A stretch of DNA of 63,051 nt from assembly GCA_035627915.1 (NCBI GenBank), contig DASPKT010000427.1, positions 1 to 63,051 on the forward strand, written 5' to 3'. Shown here piece by piece: positions 17,880 through 25,154 of this stretch. A program made the position numbers and the translations under genes. The stretch comes from Azospirillaceae bacterium (GTDB taxonomy: Bacteria; Pseudomonadota; Alphaproteobacteria; Azospirillales; Azospirillaceae). Numbering within the stretch: the stretch's first letter is position 1; the number at the start of each line of letters is the position of its first letter. The notes beneath the pieces are model-generated. The model was given only the letters and a program-made list of their open reading frames with translations. It had not been told where the DNA came from and did not search any database.

Positions 17880-18839
17880 ATGAGGCTCCCCGCCGGCAAT
17901 GCGGCCACCGTCGGGGGCCTCCCAGCCCTGGCGGCGCTGGAGGCCACCTGGTGGGACCTCTGGCGGCGCGACCCCGGGGCGACGCCCTTCCACAGCCCGG
18001 CCTGGCTGCTGCCCTGGGCCCGGGTCTTCGCGCCGGAAGCGGTCTCGGCCGTCATCGTCGGCGGCCCGGACCGGCTGGACGCCCTGTTCCCGCTGTTCCG
18101 CCACGAGGGCCGACTGCTGCCGCTGGGGGCGGGGATCACCGACCATCTGGGCGGCCTCATCGATCCGACGCTCGGGCCCGGCGCCGCGACCGCCCTGCTT
18201 GCCGCGGCCGGCGCGGCGGGGCTGTCGCTCGACCTGCCGGACATCCGCGGCGCGCTCGCCGGCTGTCCCGCGCCCCCGGGCTGGCGGGAGGAGCGGTGGG
18301 AGGCGGAGCCCTGCCCGGTGCTGGCGCTGCCCGCGGCGCCGTCCCGCCGCCTCGCCCAGAACCTACGCACCGCCCGCAACCGCGCCGCCCGCCTGGGCAC
18401 GCTGGACGCCCGCCGGGTCCGCGGCGCGGAGGTCCTGCCGGCCCTGGACACGCTGGCCACCCTGCACGGCGCCCGCTGGCGGGAGCGCGGCGGGACGGGG
18501 GTGCTGGACGACGCGGCCGTCCGTACCTTCCACCGGCAGGCAGCCCCCTTGCTGGAGGCAGCCGGGCTGCTGCGCCTCTACCGCCTCGACCTCGACGGCC
18601 GTGCCGTCGCCATGCTGTACGGCCTCGCCGCCAAGGGGCGCTTCCACTACTACATCGGCGGCTTCGACCCGGCCTTCCGGGCGATCAGCCCCGGCGCCCT
18701 GCTGCTGTCCCACGCGGTGGAGGAGGCCGCCCGCGAGGGCTGCCGGGAATTCGACTTCCTGCGGGGGAGGGAGGACTACAAATACGCGTGGGGCGCCGCG
18801 GACCGGCCGGGCACGGGGCGGAGGCTTGTGCCGGCGTGA
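17880..18839 (+). CDS. GNAT-fold acyltransferase of the CelD/BcsL (FemAB-like, Acetyltransf_6) type
   Basis: N-terminus ...WWDLWRRDPGATPFHSPAWLLPW. C-terminus LYGLAAKGRFHYYIGGFDPAFRAISPGALLLSHAVEEAAREGCREFDFLRGREDYKYAWGA. Confidence 0.7.
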   Translation: MRLPAGNAATVGGLPALAALEATWWDLWRRDPGATPFHSPAWLLPWARVFAPEAVSAVIVGGPDRLDALFPLFRHEGRLLPLGAGITDHLGGLIDPTLGPGAATALLAAAGAAGLSLDLPDIRGALAGCPAPPGWREERWEAEPCPVLALPAAPSRRLAQNLRTARNRAARLGTLDARRVRGAEVLPALDTLATLHGARWRERGGTGVLDDAAVRTFHRQAAPLLEAAGLLRLYRLDLDGRAVAMLYGLAAKGRFHYYIGGFDPAFRAISPGALLLSHAVEEAAREGCREFDFLRGREDYKYAWGAADRPGTGRRLVPA

Positions 18840-18884
18840 GGCGGGATTTGCAACCGAGCATGGCAGGTGGCAGCATGCAAGGGC

Positions 18885-19094
18885 ATGCCGACCATTGGAC
18901 GCTTCGGGCCCTATGTGATCCGCTTCTTCAGCAACGAAGGGAGCGAACCCCCGCACGTGCATGTAGATCGCGGCGCCTGCACCGCCAAGATATGGCTGGA
19001 GGACCCGCCGAGGCTGGCGCTCAGCCGGGGCTTCGCGGCGCATGAGGCGAGGATCGTCCTCGCCCTGGTGGCGGAACATCGTGGCAGGTGTTAA
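18885..19094 (+). CDS. DUF4160 domain-containing protein
   Basis: MPTIGRFGPYVIRFFSNEGSEPPHVHV... matches the DUF4160 N-terminal signature (MPTI...F...E..PPH.HV). The stop TAA is at 19092-19094. Confidence 0.65.
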   Translation: MPTIGRFGPYVIRFFSNEGSEPPHVHVDRGACTAKIWLEDPPRLALSRGFAAHEARIVLALVAEHRGRC

Positions 19095-19380
19095 GAGCTC
19101 CTAACAGTACTGCGCGTCGCCGCGACGGCCGGAGTGCCGGTGCGTGGCAAGGAAGGCGGCGCGGCGCGATGCGGCGCATCGGGCAAGCCGCGTGACGCAG
19201 ACCACGGGCCGGCAATCCGGCCGCCCCCCAGAAATGCGTGTGGGCGGGGTGGTAAGGTTTGCTCGCCATCCGGTGCGTCGGACCGCCTCGCCGGGGCGCC
19301 GCCCCGCCCTCGGCGCTCCTCCTGCCGGACTGACGGCAAACCTTACCATCGCGGCTGGCGCGCAGTACTGTTAGGAGCTC
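19095..19380. mobile_element. 286-bp MITE-like element with 22-bp perfect terminal inverted repeats and a TAA target duplication
   Basis: IR-L is GAGCTCCTAACAGTACTGCGCG (19095-19116). IR-R is its exact reverse complement (19359-19380). The element is flanked by TAA at 19092-19094 and 19381-19383. It has an internal second inverted pair, GGTAAGGTTTGC / GCAAACCTTACC. It has no coding capacity. Confidence 0.7.
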
Positions 19381-19383
19381 TAA

Positions 19384-19674
19384 ATGCCTGGCAGACCCAT
19401 TTCGGGGGTGGCGATGACTGACCGGGCGATCGTGCATGTCGACGTGACGGACGACTTCGTGACCGTCCGGCTGGACGACGGACGTGTCGTCTCGACGCCG
19501 CTCGCCTGGTATCCCCGGCTCCTGGCGGCGCCGCCCGAGGCGCGGGCGCGGTGCGAGATCGTATCGGCCGGGCTGGGCGTCAGCTGGCCCGACCTCGACG
19601 AGGACCTGTCGCTGGCCGGGATGCTGCGGGGCGAGCCTGCGCGGCGGCGCCCGGGGCACCTCGCCGCGGAATAG
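19384..19674 (+). CDS. DUF2442 domain-containing protein
   Basis: ...VTDDFVTVRLDDGRVVSTPLAWYPRLLAAPPEARARCEIVSAGLGVSWPDLDEDLSLAGML is the DUF2442 pattern (W.P.L..A......N.E....G.G..WP.LDEDL). An alternative start is ATG 19414. Confidence 0.65.
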   Translation: MPGRPISGVAMTDRAIVHVDVTDDFVTVRLDDGRVVSTPLAWYPRLLAAPPEARARCEIVSAGLGVSWPDLDEDLSLAGMLRGEPARRRPGHLAAE

Positions 19675-19680
19675 CTCCCG

Positions 19681-21738
19681 TCACGCCGCCCCGCCCTCCG
19701 CCGTCCCCACCCAGCAGCGCAGCGCCTCCGCCACGCTCCAGGCCTGGGCGATGCAGCCGCGGGGCGTGTAGGGGGGCTCGGCGTCGAAGATCTCGCTGAG
19801 GGTGCCGATGCCAGCCTCGCCCAGGTGGGCGGCCAGGCCCTCCAGCAGGCGCCGCGCGCCGGCCCGGTCCTCCGGGTGCAGCTTCAGCCGGGCGTCCAGG
19901 TAGGGCCCGATCAGCCAGCCCCAGACGGTGCCCTGGTGGTAGGCGGCGTCGCGGGAGCGGAGGTCGCCGAAGTAGCGCCCGCGGTAGTCGGGATGGCCGG
20001 GCGCCAGCGAGCGCAGGCCGACCGGGGTCAGCAGCCGCTCCTCCACCGCCCGCAGGACGGGCTCCCACCGCTCCCGGTCCAGCACCGGATGGTCTAGCGA
20101 GATCGCCAGCACCTGGTTCGGCCGGCAGGCCGGGTCGTCGCCGCCGCCCTCGGCGTCCACCACGTCGTGGAGATGGCCGCCTTCGGCATACCAGAAGCGA
20201 TCGTTGAAGCTGGCGCGGGCGCGGTCGGCCATGGCGGCCCAGGGCTCCGCCTCCGCCCCGCGGCCCTCTTCCGCCAGCCAGCCGGCCAGCAGCCGCAGCG
20301 CGTTGTGCCACAGCGCGTTGATCTCCACCGCCTTGCCGCGGCGGGGCGTGACCACCCAGCCCTCCACCTTGGCGTCCATCCAGGTCAGCTGGTAGCCCTC
20401 CGCCCCCTGGCGCAGCAGCCCGTCGGCCGGGTCCATGCCGATGCCGAAGCGGGTTCCCCGCCGGTGGTGCCCGGCGATGTCCAGCAGGACGGGCAGCAGC
20501 CGGCGCAGCGTGGCGCGGTCGCCGGTGGCGGCGACGTAGCGGTGGACGGCGTGGAAGAACCAGAGGGTGGCGTCGGCAGTGTGGTAGAGCCCCTCGTTGC
20601 GCCCCTCCGGGAACAGGTTGGGGATCAGCCCGTCGCGGACGTGCCCGGCGAAGGCGCGCAGGATCCACCGGGCCTCCGCGGCGCGGCCGGTGCAGAGCGT
20701 CAGCCCCTCCAGCGCGATCATGGTGTCGCGGCCCCAGTCGGTGAACCAGTGGTAGCCGGCCACCACGCTGCGCACCTCGTCCCCGCGGGCCTGCGCGCGG
20801 GCTTGGTCGGCGCTGCGCCCCGCCGGGCTCATCAGGAAGGCGTCGGCGGCCAGCACCAGCTCCGCCGCCGGGCCGGCGCGCGCCGCCGGCGGGGCGAGGG
20901 AGAGGAGGTGGCGCCGCCGCTCCCGCTCCAGCGCCAGCGCTTCCGCCGGGGGCAGCGCATCCAGCACGGGCCAGGGCTCGGTGCCGGCCACCAGGGCCGC
21001 GGGGCGGTCCGGCGCCAGCGGCACCTCGAAGCCGGCGCCGCTCCACAGCATCCCCCGGCTGTCGTAGCCGCGCTCCGCCTCCTGCCGGTACAGCACGTCC
21101 ATCGCCCCGGTCCCCTCGACCACCAGTCGGGCGGCGGCCCCGTGGACCCGGAGGCGCAGGGGCGGCAGGGCCGGGTCGCCCGTGATCTCGCAGCGCCCGT
21201 CCTCCATGCCGACCCGGTAGGCGGCGGGGGCCGCGGCCACGGGTGCCTCCAGCGCGCGGAAGCCGACCGCCGGGCGCAGCAGCAGGGTCGCCGGCGCGCT
21301 GCCCGGCAGCAGGCGGTAATGGGCCTGCACCGCGTTCTGCCGGTAGGGCATGAACAGGCGCTTCTCCAGCAGCACCCCGCCGGCGGCGAAGCGCCAGACG
21401 GGGAGGCCCAGCTCCAGCGCGAAGGCATCCAGGCAGCCGGTCCCGGCGTCGTCCGGCTGCTCCAGCGGGACCAGCGGCAGCTCCCGCCCGTCCGCCAGCC
21501 GAACCGCCTCGCGCAGGTGGCTCAGCATCACCATGCGGCCCAGCGGCGCCGGCAGGGCCGCGACCAGCAGGCCGTGGTAGCGGCGGGTCAGCGCGCCCGC
21601 GGCCGTGGCGGAGGCGTAGCCGCCCAGCCCGTTGGCGACCAGCCACTCCGCCGCCGGCCCGGCAGCCGCCAGCGCCGCGCGGTCGAGCGACCGCACGATC
21701 CCGTCCTCCTCCTCCGGCCGCCTGCGCTGGTCGTCCAT
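19681..21738 (-). CDS. Amylo-alpha-1,6-glucosidase / glycogen-debranching-enzyme-like protein (GDE_N plus GDE_C)
   Basis: 685 aa with blocks GYHWFTDWGRDTMIAL, LTWMDAKVEGWVVTPRRGKAVEINALWHNAL, AYHQGTVWGWLIGPY and PRGCIAQAWSVAE. Confidence 0.85.
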   Translation of the reverse strand: MDDQRRRPEEEDGIVRSLDRAALAAAGPAAEWLVANGLGGYASATAAGALTRRYHGLLVAALPAPLGRMVMLSHLREAVRLADGRELPLVPLEQPDDAGTGCLDAFALELGLPVWRFAAGGVLLEKRLFMPYRQNAVQAHYRLLPGSAPATLLLRPAVGFRALEAPVAAAPAAYRVGMEDGRCEITGDPALPPLRLRVHGAAARLVVEGTGAMDVLYRQEAERGYDSRGMLWSGAGFEVPLAPDRPAALVAGTEPWPVLDALPPAEALALERERRRHLLSLAPPAARAGPAAELVLAADAFLMSPAGRSADQARAQARGDEVRSVVAGYHWFTDWGRDTMIALEGLTLCTGRAAEARWILRAFAGHVRDGLIPNLFPEGRNEGLYHTADATLWFFHAVHRYVAATGDRATLRRLLPVLLDIAGHHRRGTRFGIGMDPADGLLRQGAEGYQLTWMDAKVEGWVVTPRRGKAVEINALWHNALRLLAGWLAEEGRGAEAEPWAAMADRARASFNDRFWYAEGGHLHDVVDAEGGGDDPACRPNQVLAISLDHPVLDRERWEPVLRAVEERLLTPVGLRSLAPGHPDYRGRYFGDLRSRDAAYHQGTVWGWLIGPYLDARLKLHPEDRAGARRLLEGLAAHLGEAGIGTLSEIFDAEPPYTPRGCIAQAWSVAEALRCWVGTAEGGAA

Positions 21739-21919
21739 GGGTCCCGCCTTCCGCCCGCTCCGCCCCGGTCAAACAGGGCAGCCGCGGACATGTGCCGCGC
21801 GGCGGCGCCGCGGCCGCCTCCCGCGCCGCGATCCTGCGCGCGAGGCCCCCAAATCGCCGCCCGGCGGCAGCGGCCGGCGCATAGACTGGGGGCCAACGCG
21901 ACCCCTGGGGGAATGGGAC

Positions 21920-22831
21920 ATGGCCGACGCCGACTTCGAGATCCTGGACGAGAGCTTCCGCACCTGCGTCAAGACCAGCGCCCAGGTGGAGCGGCTGCAC
22001 CAGGGCTCCCGCTGGGCGGAGGGGCCGGCCTGGTTCCCGGCGCACCGCACGCTGGTGTGGAGCGACATCCCCAACGACCGCATGCTGCGCTGGGACGAGG
22101 CGACGGGCGCCGTCGGCGTCTTCCGCTCCCCCTCCGGCTACGCCAACGGCAGCACGGTGGACCGCCAGGGCCGGCTGGTCACCTGCGAGCACGGCGGACG
22201 GCGGGTGGTGCGCACCGAGCACGACGGCTCCCTGACCGTGATCGCGGAGCGGTGGCAGGGCCGGCGGCTGAACAGCCCCAACGACGTCGTCGTGGCGGCG
22301 GACGGCGCCGTCTGGTTCACCGATCCCGCCTACGGCATCGACAGCGACTACGAGGGGGTGCGGGCGGAGAGCGAGATCGGCGCCTGCCACCTCTACCGCG
22401 CCGACCCCTCAAGCGGGGAGGTGCGCATCGCCGCCGACGACTTCGTGCGCCCCAACGGCCTCGCCTTCGGGCCCGACGGGCGGCTCTACGTGGCCGACAC
22501 CGGCGGGACCCACGCGAAGGACGGGCCGCGCCACATCCGCGTGTTCGCGGTGGGGGAGGGCGGGCGCCTGTCCGGCGGGGAGGTGTTCGCCACCTGCACG
22601 TCCGGCTTCTTCGACGGGTTCCGCTTCGACGATGCCGGGCGGATCTGGACCAGTGCCGCGGACGGCGTGCACTGCCTGGACCGCGACGGGCGGCTGATCG
22701 GCAAGGTGCGCGTGCCGGAGCGGGTGGCGAACGTCTGCTTCGGCGGCGCCAAGCTGAACCGGCTGTTCATCTGCGCCACCACCTCGCTCTACGCCGTCTA
22801 CCTGCCGGTGCGGGGGCTCCGCACCTTCTGA
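21920..22831 (+). CDS. SMP-30/gluconolactonase/LRE-family protein
   Basis: ATG at 21920 (MADADFEILDE...). Contains AEGPAWFP...LVWSDIPNDRMLRWD, NGSTVDRQGRLVTCEHG, NSPNDVVV..DGAVWFTDP, PNGLAFGPD and NVCFGG. Confidence 0.8.
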   Translation: MADADFEILDESFRTCVKTSAQVERLHQGSRWAEGPAWFPAHRTLVWSDIPNDRMLRWDEATGAVGVFRSPSGYANGSTVDRQGRLVTCEHGGRRVVRTEHDGSLTVIAERWQGRRLNSPNDVVVAADGAVWFTDPAYGIDSDYEGVRAESEIGACHLYRADPSSGEVRIAADDFVRPNGLAFGPDGRLYVADTGGTHAKDGPRHIRVFAVGEGGRLSGGEVFATCTSGFFDGFRFDDAGRIWTSAADGVHCLDRDGRLIGKVRVPERVANVCFGGAKLNRLFICATTSLYAVYLPVRGLRTF

Positions 22832-22835
22832 GGGG

Positions 22836-23303
22836 TCAGGCGATGGGAACGCCCAGCCCGACCTTGACGGGATCGATGACCACGGTGGTGCGGAAGCGCG
22901 CCACCAACGGGTCCTCGAACAAGAGGCTGCGGGTCAGGCGGTCGTAGTCCGCCATGTCCTGCGCCGTCACGATCAGCACGAAGTCGTGGTCGCCGGCGAC
23001 GTAGTAGCATTGCTGCACCTCCGGCCGGGCGCGGACGCGGCGCTTGAAGCCGTCGACCAGGTCCTCGCGCGCGCCCTGGGCCAGCGCCACCTCCACGATG
23101 GCGGTCAGGCGGCGCCCGGCCGCCTGCGGCGCCACCACGGCCACCTCCGCCAGGATGGCGCCGCACTCGCGCAGGCGGCGGATGCGGCGCTGCACGGCGG
23201 TGGGGGAGAGGCCGACAGCCTCGCCTATGGCCTCCGACGTCTCCCGCACGGTGCGCTGGAGCCGGTCCAGGATGGCGCGGTCGAAGCTGTCGAGGTCGTC
23301 CAT
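22836..23303 (-). CDS. Lrp/AsnC-family transcriptional regulator
   Basis: MDDLDSFDRAILDRLQRTVRETSEAIGEAVGLSPTAVQRRIRRL... forms the HTH, followed by a RAM/AsnC_trans_reg domain. The internal ATG 23303 was chosen over the track start 23357. Confidence 0.8.
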   Translation of the reverse strand: MDDLDSFDRAILDRLQRTVRETSEAIGEAVGLSPTAVQRRIRRLRECGAILAEVAVVAPQAAGRRLTAIVEVALAQGAREDLVDGFKRRVRARPEVQQCYYVAGDHDFVLIVTAQDMADYDRLTRSLLFEDPLVARFRTTVVIDPVKVGLGVPIA

Positions 23304-23464
23304 GCCGCCCAGCCTAGCAGCGCCCCGCGGCCGGAGAAAGCGGGGAGGGGGCGGCACCCGGTGCGGGTAAGCCGCGAGGCGGACAAGACCCGGCCCCGCC
23401 CGCTCTGCTAGCCTCCGCGCATCCGGGGCGGCGGCGCCCCGCGGGATGGTGGAAGGCGGCGGGC

Positions 23465-24331
23465 ATGGATCGGCATTCGTTCGGCAGCGGCGGCATCGCG
23501 GCGACAGTGGCGGCCAGGGGGGCGGAACTGGTGTCGCTGCGCGGCGGCGACGGGACCGAGTTCCTCTGGCAGGCCGGCCCGGAATGGCCGCGCCACGCGC
23601 CGGTGCTGTTCCCCATCGTCGGGCGCCTGCGCGGCGACCGCTACCGGCACGGCGGGCGTGACTACGCCATGACCCAGCACGGCTTCGCCCGCGACCGGAC
23701 CTTCCGCTGGCTGGAGCGCGGCGCGGAGGGCTGCCGGCTGGTGCTGGAGGACGACGCGGAGACCCGCGCCGCCTATCCCTTCGCCTTCCGGCTGGAGATC
23801 GCCTACCGCTGCGACGGCACCGCCCTGTCGGTGGATTACCGCATCGCCAACACCGGGACCGGGGCGCTGCCGGCCTCGCTGGGCGCCCATCCCGGCTTCA
23901 ACTGGCCGCTGCGCCAGGGCGTGCCCAAGGAGGCCCACCGGCTGGAGTTCGAGCGGCCGGAACCGGGCCCGCTCGCCGGGGTGGAGGGCGGGCTGCTGGC
24001 GCCCGGCGCCGTGCCCTCGCCGGTGCGGGACCGGACGCTGGAGTTGACCGAGGAGCTGTTCCGCGGCGACGCCCTGGTCTTCGACCCCGTGAACAGCCGT
24101 TCCGTCCGCTACACCGCCCCCGGCTGCCCTGTCCTGGAGGTGTCCTGGCGCGGCTTCCCGCAACTGGGCGTCTGGTCCAAGCCATCCGGCGCCCCCTTCC
24201 TCTGCATCGAGCCCTGGCACGGCACCGCCGACCCCGTCGGCTTCGACGGCGACCTCGAGGACAAGCCCGGCATGATGCTGATCCCGCCGGGGGAGGCGCG
24301 GGAGATGGGGATGCGGGTGGCGCTGGGCTGA
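23465..24331 (+). CDS. Aldose 1-epimerase family protein
   Basis: Contains FLWQAGPEWPRHAPVLFPIVGRL, MTQHGFARD, LGAHPGFNWPL and CIEPW, the pattern of YphB/YeaD-like mutarotases. Confidence 0.8.
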   Translation: MDRHSFGSGGIAATVAARGAELVSLRGGDGTEFLWQAGPEWPRHAPVLFPIVGRLRGDRYRHGGRDYAMTQHGFARDRTFRWLERGAEGCRLVLEDDAETRAAYPFAFRLEIAYRCDGTALSVDYRIANTGTGALPASLGAHPGFNWPLRQGVPKEAHRLEFERPEPGPLAGVEGGLLAPGAVPSPVRDRTLELTEELFRGDALVFDPVNSRSVRYTAPGCPVLEVSWRGFPQLGVWSKPSGAPFLCIEPWHGTADPVGFDGDLEDKPGMMLIPPGEAREMGMRVALG

Positions 24332-24418
24332 CGCCGGGAGCCTTCTCAGCATCTCCGGAACGTCCCGTCCCAGGCCCCGGGGCGGATCGCGGGATGTGGC
24401 CGGTGGGGGCCGCGCCGC

Positions 24419-24739
24419 TCAGCCGTGCAGGTCGCCGAGCCCCGTCAGGCGGATCGTTCCCTTGCCGGGCAGCGTGACCTGCAACTCCAGCGTCCCGCCG
24501 GCGGCCTCCACGAACCGCCGCAGCGTGGAGAGGTAGAGGTCCGTCTGCCGCTCGATCTTGTGCACGGACGGCTGCTTGATGCCGAGCGCGTCGGCGATCT
24601 GCTCCTGGCTGCGCTCGGCCAGCAGCCGCAAGGCCTTCAGCCCCTCGATCTCGTCCAGCAGCTCCTGTGCCCTGGCCTCGACGGCTTCGCGCTCTTCCCC
24701 CGGCAGCGTATCCAGGAACTCCTCAAGCGTGCGTCCCAT
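24419..24739 (-). CDS. XRE-family HTH antitoxin (HigA-like)
   Basis: 106 aa. The HTH is SQEQIADALGIKQPSVHKIER. It overlaps the upstream toxin gene by 17 nt. Confidence 0.7.
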   Translation of the reverse strand: MGRTLEEFLDTLPGEEREAVEARAQELLDEIEGLKALRLLAERSQEQIADALGIKQPSVHKIERQTDLYLSTLRRFVEAAGGTLELQVTLPGKGTIRLTGLGDLHG

Positions 24740-25088
24740 GGCCCACTCCTTTCAGGTATTCGTCGAACCGCCGGTCGGCGACGGCGATCAGGGTGCGGTA
24801 GAACCGCCGTTGCGAGACGCCGCTCTTGTCTCCGGCAACGAGAAGGATCGCGGCGCGTTCCGGATCGAAGGCGAACGCCACGCGCCACGCGCCGTCGCCG
24901 GCGGCGAAGCGCAACTCCTTCATGTTGCGGTGACGCGAGCCCGCCAGGGTGTCGGCATAGGGACGCCCGAGGGTCGGTCCCTCGATGGCGAGCAGCCTTG
25001 CGTGGGCCAGCAGGGCGACACGCACTGCCGGCGGGAGGTTCCGGACCTCATCCTCGAACTCGTCGTGCAGCCGCACCGTCCACGCCAT
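24723..25088 (-). CDS. RelE/HigB-superfamily toxin (Gp49-like)
   Basis: 121 aa with ...MKELRFAAGDGAWRVAFAFDPERAAILLVAGDKSG... The toxin-first gene order matches HigBA modules. Confidence 0.7.
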   Translation of the reverse strand: MAWTVRLHDEFEDEVRNLPPAVRVALLAHARLLAIEGPTLGRPYADTLAGSRHRNMKELRFAAGDGAWRVAFAFDPERAAILLVAGDKSGVSQRRFYRTLIAVADRRFDEYLKGVGHGTHA

Positions 25089-25154
25089 GGCCGTATCATA
25101 GCCTGCGGGCTATGCGCCGATCAATAGCCTCTAGGCTATATGTGGCGGCGCCCC

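Noticed and set aside
19580-22947. 936-aa (minus) and 926-aa (plus) ORFs spanning the GDE-like and gluconolactonase genes
   Set aside because: Both are low-complexity Arg/Gly/Pro/Ala translations in alternative frames of genes with strong homology signatures.
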